From: Wallemia ichthyophaga EXF-994
Lineage: Eukaryota; Fungi; Basidiomycota
Direction of reading: 5' to 3'
Length of the DNA: 62,000 nucleotides
Assembly: GCF_000400465.1 (NCBI RefSeq)
Contig: NW_008806279.1
Coordinates: forward strand, 236,107 to 298,106
How positions within the stretch are numbered: position 1 is the stretch's first letter; every line of letters starts with the position of its first letter. The translations under genes were made by a program, and so were the position numbers. This document shows positions 11,928-24,215 of this stretch, one piece after another. The notes beneath the pieces are model-generated. The model made no database searches. It worked only from the letters and a program-made list of their open reading frames with translations, and was not told the origin of the DNA.

Positions 11928-12867
11928 TACACCTTCTCACTCAGCTTGTCCTTGATAGTCAGCTTCCCGTCCCTAACAAAGACCTCCAATTCCATTCTCT
12001 CCTTCACGTATAAGCCATGCACACGCACGACGCTCTTCCTATTGTCCTTGCTGACCATATCTTCAGGCTGTGTGTCTTGTGTATTCTCAACAATCTGTGC
12101 TTCTCCTCGACTTTTCCTCGCCTCATTAACCTCCTCTGTCAGCCTCTTCTCCATTTCCTGCAACTGCTCCTCCTCGCTCATTTCCTTCTTGTTCTTCCTA
12201 TCCGATTTGTACGCTTTACCAACCTGGGCGAGGCTCTTGAGTGCCTCTGAGCGAGTCATGCTGTCCACATCCGGGCTCTTGACGATCGACAGCACCTCCT
12301 CCTGCACAGCGCTCATCCCGCCATACTCTTCCGACACTTTCTTCGCGCTCTTCCCCACCAAGAAGCTCGAAAGCTTGGCAATGTTACCGCTCTGTGACGT
12401 GAAGAACTTGACAGCACCAGCTGATGCGCTCGTTCCAGCAGCAGTGCCACCGGCAGCAGTGCCAGCAGCTGCTCCACTAGCAGCAATAGCCGCTGGGGCG
12501 CCATATCCAACGACTGTAGCGATACTAGCCAGCTGCATTGTGTGTCGTTAGCTTGTGCTCCTTTAACGCCACTCCTCTCCATTCTCCACCCACGCTTATT
12601 ATCCCGATCGTCATGGCCGATTTCGTCGCGCTGTACTGCGAACTCTTCCCTGTGTCCATCTTCACCTCGAGCGTGAACCATACCTGCACATTATGCTAAT
12701 ATGAGCCGTCGTCGTCGTGCCCACACAGGCTTATCACAAACCTTGCCCGGTCGTAGCTTGATCGTGCTCCCGCCTTCAACACTGTTTTCAAAATGCAGCG
12801 CTGCTACGTGCTTCAAACATATGTTCAGCTTGTGTGCCGTTTGATTTGTTATTCGCACTGATGGCAT
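11924..12867 (-). CDS. Hypothetical protein with central hydrophobic Gly/Ala-rich segment (3 exons)
   Basis: Two GT-AG introns join MPSVRITNQTAHKLNICLKHVAALHFEN..GK|VWFTLEV..TIGIIS|LASIATVVG to ORF 11924-12538. Confidence 0.7.
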
Positions 12868-13105
12868 ATCGTGGTGTGCGGGGACCAAGTGAATGTGTGC
12901 AGAATAATAAATATGTATGAGCGTTGTTATAAATTAGGATATATTATTAGTTGTGCTATAATAGCTGCCTATGTCTTTTCTTTGTCGTTTTCTTTCTCTG
13001 ATTAACGGGAAATATATTATAAATATCACCTCTTTTCTTTTCTTTTCTTCTTTTCTTCTGTTCTTTTCTTTTCTTCTCCATTCTCCCCTCTTGGCTACGT
13101 CACCT

Positions 13106-15028
13106 CTACACACCCAAATGCTGGCTCAGTAGCCTCTCTATAGCCAGCACATGTTTAGCCGTAGCCGACGACATGTTGTGAATCTGGTTACTTTTGCGTA
13201 TATGTTCGAGTTCCTCGTTGATAGTCTCGATTAGCTGGCCTGCTTGTGCTGACCCAACGACGCTAATAGCGCGCTGAAGGACATAATCTGACGAATGCGT
13301 GTGTAAGAAATGGACTAGGAGGAATACTTAAACTCACTGCCATACTGATCCTTCATTAGAGCAGGTATGCCATCCAAACTAGCCCCACCATCAGATCTAT
13401 CGACCAGTCTATGAATAAGCATCTCCCTATCATTCTCACCCGCTCTAATTAACGCCTTCTCGCAAACATTAGAGGCGAATTTATGTCTAGCGAGTTCAAA
13501 AAAGCGGTGATTAATCTTGACGATAATCCTACTCCTATCCGAATCGTCACCGAATTCGAGTAAATACTGTATGACGTAATTGCCAAACATGTCCACTACC
13601 AGGTTATCAACGTGTTCATGCAGTGCCTCGATTAGACACCTGCTTCTCGCCTGACCAATATGTTCGAAAGATCTCTGCAGGACGCGACACCCGTAAGGAT
13701 GCGAAGCGAGTTCTTTAGCATTCTCCGCAAAAGCGACGGGGAGGCTGAGGAGGCGATCAGGATCAACTTGCTCTATGATGCGCTGTATGACGTGATTGGC
13801 ATTCTGGTCCTGCACCGCGCGCTCTGTCATTTGTTCCATCCGACCCACTATCTCCATCTGCTCCGCCTCTCCTACGCACTCTACAGCCTTCTGAACTACG
13901 CGACATCCGTACATCTGGAAACTTAGCGTGGGAATGTGCTCAGCGATCTGCGCAACGAGACGGCGTCGCTGAGCTGCACTACCGTGCTCGAATAACTTCT
14001 GTATTACATAATTCCCAAACACGTCAGATGATAGCTCGACCGCGTTTGGGAATATTTCCTCAAATACCCGCAGGAATGACTCTGATGGCGCATTATCGAG
14101 CTTCTGCTGTATGAAACGTGATCCGAGTTGGTCGGTGGCGAATTCCGTCACGTAACCGAAAATGTTCTGTATGAGTTAATGTTAGTATTTGTGTTTTAGA
14201 TTAATGAGACATGTTCAAGACATCCCCTATGTCTCCTGTTTCACACTCACATGCAGCTCCGGCTTCGTATGCTTGCCATTGACGCGGAAATCCTCAAGCA
14301 CTGCCGACCTGTTTGTCGACAAGTGCTGATTTGACCTCATGCTCCTCATGCGCGTCTGCGGTGGCTGGTATTGGTGTTGATGTGGGTGTTGGTGTAGTTG
14401 GGGTATTTGCCGTGTTGGTGGCTGCTGGGGCGAGTGCGCATGTGCATACAGGTAATTCTCGTATAGAGGTGCCTGTTGCGAGCCTAGCGTGGGCATGCTA
14501 TGCTTGTGCTGCAGCCCTGGCTGTCTGACAGGATATACATTTGGCGATGATGGCACAAGATAATTGTTTGGTGGCTGCTGTGGTGGTGGTGGTGGTGGTG
14601 GAAGAAATCTTGTAAAATCAGCAAAAGTTGTCGTTGTAGGTGATGGTGATCCGTGGAAGTAGCTGCTGTTGTTGTAGTTATGCTCAAATGCATACGGATC
14701 AAGTGGGTGGTTGGGCAGTGGGAAGTAGGCATACGTAGGAGACGCTTGTGGCTGCTGGGGTGTGATTGGTGGTGGCGGTGGTGGTGGCTGCTGGTTGATG
14801 AACGATGTCGACGCGTAGTGTCTAAGGCCTTTGTGTCCACCACCTTTATTCATATTGAGGTTGCTGCTATCGTTAAATGGCGTCAAAAACTGCTTTGATT
14901 TCTTCTGTTTTGGTATCGTAAATGTGTCATTCACCACCTAACACACCCCCACTCACATGCTTTATTGTGGGCTGGTTGAACATTCTGTTTTCATTATTCA
15001 CCACCGTCGTCGCTGTCGCCGTTGTCAT
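13106..15028 (-). CDS. PUF3: Pumilio/Puf3-type RNA-binding protein with 8 PUF repeats
   Basis: Four exons. Repeat recognition motifs SRFIQ, NYVIQ, CRVVQ, NHVIQ, CRVLQ, NYVIQ, SNVCE and NYVLQ are the canonical PUM1/Puf3 code. Stop TAG 13106-13108; start ATG 15028 via a 52-nt intron. Confidence 0.88.
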
Positions 15029-15223
15029 CTCTTTTTTGGTTTCTCGTCGTCGTCGTCGAGGATCCTGCCTAATACGCAGCTCAAGCGTGATGAAATTAGT
15101 CTGAGTGCATTCCAGAGATAATTCTATTTGAATAATTTGAATATTTTTACATTTTTATTCATTTACATTCCAATTCGAGGTATTTCTTTATTCATATCTG
15201 TATCTCTGTCTGCACTATATGTA

Positions 15224-16201
15224 TTACCTGTAGCCTCTGTCACCGCGTGCAGGTGCATATGTTACTGCCGGCCGATCCGGTAATCTTGCAGAACTATTCT
15301 GTCTTGCATTTCTCCCTCCTCTGCCTGAATAATATTGGTGGCTTTGATGGGTTTGATAGCTGTTTCGCGGCTGACGCGGTGGCTGTCGATTGTAATGAGG
15401 GTACTGCGAGTAATGCTGCTTTTCTCCAGTACTTCTCTGTCGATTGTGTTGCGAATGTTGTTGCTTTTCCGCATCTGATCTCTCCATTCGCTCTATCTGC
15501 TTTACTCTTTCTAACTGCCTAATATCCCGCTCGTCACGTTCTTTGTCGCGTTTGTCGCGTTCTCTGCCTTCTTCTCCTGCTTGCTCTCTGGGATTTTCCT
15601 TGGTCGACTCTCCAATTTGCTCTATAGCTTCTTCTCTAGCTTTCCCATTAACTGGCTCTCTATCACTACTGCTCGTATCGCCTGCAGATTGTATCATGAA
15701 TGATAATTCGAGGGGTAGATTATAGAACTAACGTTGTGCTGGGCGTGTTGGTGTTGATTTCGGTGTGGCTGCGTTCGGTGTGGCTGCTTTCGGTGTCACC
15801 GCTGATACCGATGTATGCGACAATCTTCTCCTCTTCTCCCCACTCTCTCCCGCTGCTGATGCTGCCACTCCCGCTCCCACTGCCGGCTGCGTGTACCCAG
15901 GACACCGCCATACAGAAGTGTGATTAAGTGTGTTGTAGAAATAAGGCTCGCCGACGCTCGAAATGCGCAGGATCCAGCCCATATCCAAACGTGGGCCGTC
16001 GAAGGAGAGCATATTGTGATCAGTGGTGGTGGTGGTGTCCTTCTTGTTCTTGGGAGTGTCTGTTGGTGGTAGAGTTACCGCTGATTCTCCTATTGATTCT
16101 CCCACTCCTCCCAACACCTCAGTATCAGAGCCACCCAACGAAATTACATCGCCATCATCCTCTATATCCTCTCCCCAGTCTATAACCTCCTGATCCTGCA
16201 T
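15224..16201 (-). CDS. WW-domain protein, otherwise low complexity
   Basis: GWILRISSVGEPYFYNTLNHTSVWRCP WW domain. A GTTAGT..CTGCAG intron joins ORFs 15728-16267 and 15224-15697. A further 3' intron could move the stop to about 15190. Confidence 0.7.
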
Positions 16202-16257
16202 TTTAATCGTCTTGCGTCGTTGCGAACAACAATCACCCGAAGAGGAGAAGATTGCAA

Positions 16258-17106
16258 ATGCTCCCACGACCTATAAATTCTTCGAGCGCTGGTTCCAGCT
16301 CTAAATACAGGCGGAGAAATATTATACGCAGTTTGAGCTATAAATTCAACTTTGATCTAGCCCTCCTCCAGCTCTTCTATTTGACGATATCCCCGAGGAG
16401 GTTTTACCGCCAGCTATACTATCATAAGCGTGAGTGGCTGCTGATTGTGGTGCACCTACTCACCACTCCCCTCAGAGACTAAGAACAGATGGGCGAGAGA
16501 CGATCCAACAATAGCTGTCATCATAGCTGCTACACTCGCAGTCAGCGGTCTTGGCTGGTCCCTTTCCCTGCATTTGGGCTGGCGAGGGTTGTTGAAGCTG
16601 TTGTTCAGGATGCTACTAGTCGACTATGTGCTCATTGGTGGGCTTATATCCACGTGTTTCTGGTATGTCTTGGTTGTTTTGAGCATGCGCAGCACTCAAC
16701 TTATAAAACTTTACAATACAGGCTCTTCGCTAACAAGTTCTTGACCCAAACGCCCACCTATACCACTACCAATTCCCAGTCCATAGAATTCAGGTACGCG
16801 GTCGATGTCCACACCAATGGCTATTTCGTCATTGTCCTCATCATATACCTCATCCAGCTTTTTCTCTACCCGCTGCTAGTGAAGGATGAGTGGATCTGTA
16901 CCTTGTTCGGAAACACGCTGTATGTCGTCGCGTTATTGCACTACGTACACGTTACGTACCTCGGCTACGCTGCCTTGCCGAGTGTGAACAACAGCGAGCT
17001 TATTCTTTTTCTCGCCTCAGTCATTATCGTACTCTACTTAGCGTCTCTCGTTGGCTTCAACGTCTCGAGAGCGTGTCTTTCGTGGTACTTTGGGATGGAT
17101 TTCTGA
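16258..17106 (+). CDS. GMH1: UNC-50/Gmh1 family Golgi membrane protein
   Basis: Spliced product contains YYHKQTKNRWARDDP and IEFRYAVDVHTNGYF, characteristic UNC-50 motifs, plus several TM segments. Confidence 0.9.
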
Positions 17107-17418
17107 GCTCTTTAGCTGGAGGTTCTTTGTCAGTCAAATTCTGTAAAATCTCAGCTCGCTTCATCCATATCGCTTTGCATTAATCGTTGGGAAATATGAC
17201 ATTAGAACACTGCCGATGATGCCGAAATAAGCGATATGCGTGTGTGTATTGGAATAACACTGTATTATAACTTTCATCCACACACCAATTCCGAATTATG
17301 CAAATAGCCCAGAAACAGCCAGCAGTTCAATAAGCAGACATACACGCAGACCAAAGAAAACATAATTATCTCCAGGTTTTAAATCCCCAGTATATGTAAG
17401 AAATAAGAAAGGTAACAA

Positions 17419-18027
17419 TTGCAAGAATCCATTAAAATCGACTTTCTTCGTCCACCGTCGACTTATCGTAGTCACTTCATGGTCATCAAAGACATGGAGA
17501 ATGTCGCCAAGATGAACGTCCAATCGACAAGCAATGGCTGGATGTTGTATGAGGGAGCATCGACCAAGGACGCAACAGAGCCACTGTACATAGCTGAAAA
17601 GAGTCCCGAGTGCGACGACGACGACTGTTGCATAAGCTTCACTGATAGGCAGTCAAAATTATTCGCTCGTAGCTCAATGCCAAAGATGCTCGCTTGGCGC
17701 GATAGCGATGTGAAGCTCATCATCCACGATAGAGCCTACTCCCTATCCAAGTTGAGGTGGTGGAAGACACAGCGGAACTTCGTTAGTTGTGAGGGTGTAC
17801 ATTGTGCAATCCTGCGTGTCGTACGAGGCTTCCTTCAGATCGTAAACTCTCACAATAATCACGTACTGGCGACGTTCACTTACTCGCATTGGTCGAGGAA
17901 GAAATTGGGAATTATCCGCCTCTACTCTGCAGAAAACACCTCAGATAGAGATAAAGTACTCTTCGCTTTAATCCTTTCGATAATGGCCAAAGTGGAACAC
18001 CAGCGTCAGCTCGAGGTGGTTTTCTGA
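17419..18027 (+). CDS. Hypothetical protein, possibly DUF6593/tubby-like beta-rich fold; start uncertain (first ATG 17479)
   Basis: 202-codon ORF with a beta-rich pattern ending in a hydrophobic helix (DKVLFALILSIMAKVEHQR), as in fungal DUF6593-like proteins. Confidence 0.5.
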   Translation: MQESIKIDFLRPPSTYRSHFMVIKDMENVAKMNVQSTSNGWMLYEGASTKDATEPLYIAEKSPECDDDDCCISFTDRQSKLFARSSMPKMLAWRDSDVKLIIHDRAYSLSKLRWWKTQRNFVSCEGVHCAILRVVRGFLQIVNSHNNHVLATFTYSHWSRKKLGIIRLYSAENTSDRDKVLFALILSIMAKVEHQRQLEVVF

Positions 18028-18199
18028 CCTGAGATTGTCAGACGGATGGACAGATGGACAGATATGTATACGTACACACACAACCACATTTCGAACGACT
18101 TTCACTCTTGGATTTCGTAATTTCACTCTATCATGTACCCAAATACCCAATTTTATCAAATATATATCAACAAACTTAAGCTGTAACAAACGCCTCCCT

Positions 18200-20333
18200 C
18201 TAATACGATCTACCAAACAATGCAAATCTCTTGGCTGGCTTCTTGCATGCCACACAGAGAGTCTTACCGTGTTCAATTTTACCGAAACGGTCCTGGTCAT
18301 TGGGAATACAAAGAGACTTGGCGCCTTGCGAAGGCTGCTTCTCATCCTTCTCCCCATCTGATGCCTTCTCCGTACGCTCCTTGATATCCTTTTCACACTC
18401 TACCTCCTCGCACCACGGAATAGCCAGTATCTTCTTTTCGTTCATAGCCTTAACGATTCTGTCAAAGTCCTCCATGACCACTTCGAGCGAGTCATTAAAT
18501 GATGCCTTGGCGGACTCGAACATCATCTTGTAGATCCTGTCGAGCATCTTTGGAATACCGTCCTCCAATTGTGATAATGGCAATGGGTCCTTGTCCTGGT
18601 TAGGGTTTACAGCTCTGCGCACACACAAAGCCTGCTCCTTCTTCATGTCCATAGGGCCGAACTCAATTCTAATTGGCACACCTCTCATCTCCCAGTCGTT
18701 GAATTTCCATCCCGGCGTGTACCCTTCTCTGAGATCGGCCTTTGCGCGTACACCAACTTTAATCAGTCTATCAGCGATGCTCTGGGCGCCTTTCTCGATA
18801 GCGTCTGCATCTTCAGCAGTGGTCTTAGCCGTGATACCGCATGGGACGACAACGACCTGAACCGATGCGACAGGTGGTGGAAGGACTAGACCCTGATCGT
18901 CACCGTGTATCATGACCATCACACCGATAGTGCGAGTAGACAATCCCCACGAATTCTGCCACACATATTTCTTGCCCTCGCCTTCTTTCAGTTGACGACC
19001 TTCTGCTCTAGCCTTCCTTGCAACCTCTGGGTCTTCAACGGTAATATCGAACATTTTGGAGAAGTTTTGTCCAAGGCCATGCGATGTTCCACCCTGAATA
19101 CCTCTACCCGTCGTTGGGATGTATCCTTCGACAGACTTTGTGTAGAAACCTCCAGCGAATTTCTCATTCTCCGACTTGACACCGGGAATGACAGGCACAG
19201 CGAGAAGTTCCTCATAGATACGTCTGTAGCAGTCGAGGATGTAGTCAACCTCTTGCGATGCGCTGTCGTGGTCTATATGCGCCGTGTGTCCTTCTTGCCA
19301 TAAGAACTCACGCGTGCGAAGGAATGGCTGTGGATTTTTGAATTCCCATCTAACGACACTGTTCCATTGGTTAAGTCGCAGTGGAAGATCTCTGTGCGAT
19401 CTGATCCACTTGGCGTAGTATGGATACATGACAGTCTCAGAAGTTGGTCTGATGGCTATTGGCTCGTCTAGATCGGATTCACCTGCTTTCGTCACCCAGG
19501 CTACCTCAGGTGCGAAACCTTCAATGTGATCCTTTTCACGGTTGAGTACGCGTGATGATACGAAGAGTGGGAAGTAGCAGTTCTCCACGCCAATCTTCTG
19601 GATTTCACCATCGAAGAATTTCTGGATAGATTCCCAGATTTTGAAAGACCACGGTTTGAGAATGTAGCAGCCGGATACATCGTAGTAATCTAACATGTCA
19701 CCCTTGAGTAAAACTTGAGTGTACCAGTTGGGGAAATCAACATCTTTGCGAATACCGATTGCAACTTCAGCTGCTCCCTCGATCTTGCCTGCCTGCTTGC
19801 GTTGTTGGGAGGTAGGAGCAGCTGGGGAAGGTGCTGCAGAAGGTGCTGATGCTGTTGGAGATGCTGTGAAATCGAGCTTATCGAATTTTGAGGCATTCGA
19901 CTGCAAAATGTCTGTTAAGGTGTTTGCATCGATCGAAGTGAATTGACCGTCTAGCCCCTTGACTTGGATAGGAGTAGAGAGTTGTGAGAGTGACTGATCA
20001 AGTACGATGTGGCAGTCAGAATCCAAGCTGAATGGTGATGCTGTGTGTGTCGTTGCACCGTTAGCGAGAAGACAAGGAGAAAGCATGGATCGACGACTAA
20101 CCATCGTTTTTAGTTGATTTTAAAACAGAATTCCACAAGGAATCATCTGCTGCTCTCAAATCCTTCAAATTAATCTTCTTTCCAATGTCGCTGGCTGAAG
20201 TTGGTGCATTTGCGTCTGCAAGGACGAGGACAGGGACGGGAGACTTCTTTGACTTGAATAGAAGAGTCTTAGTGGCTGTTGAATCCGCCTGCTTGGACAA
20301 GCTAAGGTTTTTAAATGAATCTGTTAATGTCAT
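18200..20333 (-). CDS. Cytosolic prolyl-tRNA synthetase with N-terminal YbaK-like remnant
   Basis: IAIRPTSETVMYP, RLNQWNSVVRWE, FLRTREFLWQEGHT and QNSWGLSTRTIG motifs. One intron near 20042-20100 links the upstream exon starting at ATG 20333. Confidence 0.96.
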
Positions 20334-20604
20334 TTGCAGACGTTTTAGCATGCACTGGCAGAGAAGACAAGCAGACAAAACTAGATATCTAAACTAAGCT
20401 AAAAATTTCATTCTATCAATTTATACAAATGCATTTATCCCTTTAACCTATCCCTGAGTTTCACGAGCATCCACTCAAGGTCAAACGTTGGGAAAAGTTT
20501 TCTTTTGGCGCAAAAAAACAGGACCAGGAATCCAACTAAGTATCAGGATAGCTGGGCAGACATATGCACGCCGATGTGAGTGTAATTGTAGTAACACATG
20601 CATT

Positions 20605-20884
20605 CTGAAGATTTGTTAGAAAATGATGTTAAATGTTGAAGGGAAATGTGCGCATATTGCCCCGAAAGATGGTTGACTTGGTAGCTCTTAGCCGCAGCTC
20701 GCTCCAAATATGTTGAAAATTTCATCATCTGCGGCACAAATCCTCTTACTGGGAAGGGCAACTCACAGTAACAAGTGCTTCAGTGGTGAAGCTGCTGTTG
20801 CTCTTACTGCTAGCTTACTTCACCACTGAAAACCAAGAAGAAGCACGTGGTGGTTTGAGAACAAGAAGCGCGCAGTGTTTTATA
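20605..20884 (-). ncRNA. Candidate spliced non-coding transcript / intronic small-RNA host
   Basis: TATAAAA 20884-20878, ATG-free first exon, donor GTGAGT at 20766, branch CTAAC 20619-20615 and acceptor CAG 20605 (162-nt intron). No credible ORF after splicing. Confidence 0.3.
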
Positions 20885-21177
20885 GGGGGGAGTGTCTAGG
20901 GGCACAACTGAAAATGGAAATGAGTTTTGCAAGTGCTGGTGAGTACTGGTGAGTGTATTACAAGCGTGTATGTGCTGTGGCTTCTAAGATATTTATCAAA
21001 CTCATATCAAACGCACAAGCAGTTGGACATCTCCAGTAGGGAAGATGACAGCGACGACAGCGATTTGAATAACCGTCTCCACATCCTATCCAAATCCACG
21101 CCATCACAATCACCATCTCAGAATATTGAGCGATAACGGCTTGGACCAATCCACCCAACCACCCAGCATTATCAATC

Positions 21178-22659
21178 ATGCCCAAGTCTAACAACGAGCT
21201 TCTATTTGCATCTTTAAACCAGGATTACAGGTGAGATGAGATATTTGCATGCATACACAAATTAACACGCCAACACAGCTGCGTCTCTGTCGGGACTACA
21301 AAGGGATACGCTATAGCGAACTGCGAGCCTTTTGGCAGAATCCACGGAAAGAGTGAGCAGCGCCTGTAAAATGCACCCGACACACCCTTCTAATCCTCAA
21401 GCAGACGATGGCGCCACCTCTCTCGTTGAGATGCTCTTCTGCACCTCGCTCATCGCAATCGTAGGCGGTTTGGACAGAAACTCTGACAGAAAGCTACAAA
21501 TTGTCAACACTAAGCGTCAATCCATTATCTGCGACCTATTTTACCCCACAAAGATCCTTGGCGTCAAGCTGAATCGCAAACGCCTAATCGTAATCCTCGA
21601 AAAGGAGATATACATGTACGATGTATCTGTGGGTGGAAAACATGAGCCACTTTCATCCCTCTAATCGCACTCCCAGAACATGAAACTCATCTGGAACTCA
21701 GAAACTTGCCCAAACCCAGACGCTGTCGTTGCGCTGTCGTCTTCCTCTGACCCCTCTTATCTCGTTTATCCGTCACAGTCCCCTTCCACTCAAACCGCCT
21801 CTTCTGCTGCTCCTCCGCCACTGCCTAACGCTAATTCTCACTCTAACAACGGCGACGTCATTATCTTCGACACACTCTCACAACAAGCCGTAAACTTGTT
21901 ATCTGCACACAAGTCTCCCGTCGCTTCCCTGGCTCTCAATAGCTCCTCCTCAATGCTTGCAACTGCTTCCGATAAGGGCACCGTCATTCGCGTCTTTAGT
22001 CTCCCATCCGCCGATAAGCTCTATCAATTCCGACGCGGTTCATACCCAGCCAGAGTCTACTCTATCGCTTTCAATCAGGTCTCTACTCTGCTCGCTGTCA
22101 GCTCGGCTACTGATACCATACACATATTCAAGGTTGGAAGAAGTTTCGACGGTGCTTCCTCCAACAACGACGATATCACCTCTGAGACAAGCGACAGACT
22201 GGCGAACCAGGCTGGAATGCTTGGTGGCTATGAAGCTTTTGTTGATGGCAAGAGGAGGTCTTCACTCGGAACGTATGTGCATAGCTCCTACTCCTCACTG
22301 CCCACTTACTCATCCCACTTCAGGTCCATATCGCAAAAAGGTCTTAGCTTTGGAAAGGCTTTGACTAGTGGTGCTGGTTCCATCTCTAAGCATCTGCCTC
22401 GTGGAGGTGGGTCAGGCTTGTTCATGTGCTCTCTCCTAACACACTTCCAGTCACAGAAATGTGGGAACCGTCTCGTGACTTTGCATTCGCAAAGCTGCCA
22501 GAAAGGGGCGTAGAGACGCGCGTTGGTTTATCCTCAACCCTTCCTCAACTAATGGTAGTCTCTTCTCAAGGACTCTTCTACTCATATTCGATAGATCTCG
22601 AGAATGGAGGTGAATGTACGCTAATTAAGCAGTACAATCTCCTCGACAGTATGGAGTGA
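21178..22659 (+). CDS. ATG18: Autophagy PROPPIN Atg18
   Basis: Six exons reconstructed: [43 protein letters not shown] lipid-binding motif and RDFAFAKL. Confidence 0.95.
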
Positions 22660-22806
22660 GAGTGTAATCGCATGGATGGAATCTATAGCTATCACTATCC
22701 ACCTTTCCACGTCTCGTTCAAAATCACTTGTCTTCTTGTATACCCTCACAACCGCGAATTAACACAGCAATTACATTAATAATAAGTTATAAACAAAGAT
22801 TATCAA

Positions 22807-24136
22807 CTAAAGTCTAGCTTGCGATAACTTTGCTCGCAATTCATCCTCACCGCGCTTAGCGTTACTTTCAAACTTGTTAATCTGCGTTTCACCCGTTTGA
22901 CGCATTTTGTTAGCCTCGTCTGTGACACACTTCCGTATATACTCCGCTAAAGTAAGAGTCCTGTCGTTGTTCTGTCCGCTGTTATCTGCGCTGATTTCAT
23001 CCGTTTCCTCAGTTTCTTTATTGACAACCTCCTTCAATCGACTTGGTGATTTGTTCATCTGGTTAAGCGCGTTTCGCGATGACCTAACTCCATTACTATT
23101 GCTCAGTTCAGGGAATGGTGATAATTTTGTCGTGGGATCAGTTTTCTTGTCTTCTTTTGGTGTTGGCGGTAGTGGTTTCTTTGGACTCTCTACAACATCT
23201 TCCAGCTGTGTCGGTTTCGTTGACAATTTCTTCTGCTGTGACACTGTCCTTGATGTTGTCCTCCGCGATGGCGGCTGTCTCGGCTGTGCGAGCTGTTGGA
23301 ACTCCTCGGGTTGTCTCGACTGTGAGCGTGTGCGCGTACCTCTCTTGGGCAATTTCATCTCGCTTTCATCATTGTCGGTAGCTAATGAAGCGCTTCTCGA
23401 TGTAGATTTGCCCTTTGTCTTCCTCCCTCCTTTCGCTGCTGGCTCCGGCTCTACCCCCGTGGTATCTATCTTGGTATCTGTGATTTTAGGTTGAGGGCAA
23501 GTCCCTTTGACTGATTTCGCGTCGAAAAATGAGCATTGTGGCGATCTGTTCTTGTGTTCTTCATTTGGATCATCGCCTTTCTGCCAGTCTGAAAGACTTA
23601 GATCGCAGAGTACGCACTGGCAGCAATCAAACGCTTCGGTAGTAGGTGCATAAGAGAATCCGGCAAGTGAGAGCTGTAGTGTGTTAACAAAACTGGAATT
23701 GACTTGAGAAGAAAACAAATCACACCTTATGTACAGATACAACGAGTGGTCGTACACATTTCACAAATGTCTGTTTACGGGCGTCGATCATCGGTCTACT
23801 ACGTGGAACACGACCATTCTGAAGAGGTTCGTCTTCGTAGTAGTTGCGTCTATCCCGTCCAGCGTCTATATCGCCCCATATGAGTGCATCAACATGCACA
23901 CCACAAACCACTTTAGCGTACGGACATTGAGGAGCGAAATCAATATGCAACCTGTGTGGATTATCATCAGGTTTCCAATCACGTAGTTGAAGCTCGCAGT
24001 ACGCGCAATGAACATTATCAGACTTTGAATCCATTGCGTAGAAACCCGCTTTCGATAATTCTTCGATATCGAGATGCAGTGTATTTCTATGATACGCTCT
24101 ATTATAGCTCTTTAAGCGATTCGTCTGGATTTCCAT
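22807..24136 (-). CDS. BIR1: Survivin-like BIR protein with two BIR domains
   Basis: BIR1 CAYC..W..H..C and BIR2 CVLC..W..H..C are joined by one intron; C-terminal coiled coil. Confidence 0.9.
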
Positions 24137-24215
24137 TTCTGCGTAATTTGGTTTGCGTTGGGTGCGCTGCCGTGGTGGTGGTGGTTGAAACTATTACAGT
24201 GAGCATATCGTTCAG

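Noticed and set aside
20543-20560. TCAGGATAGCTGG resembles large-subunit rRNA, suggesting a box C/D guide ending at CTGA
   Set aside because: The match includes the putative D box itself, leaving only ~9 nt of guide, and it lies outside the intron containing box C.
20543-20761. 72-aa minus-strand ORF in the ProRS-ATG18 spacer
   Set aside because: TTG start, no recognisable features, and it runs across a consensus branch point and acceptor.
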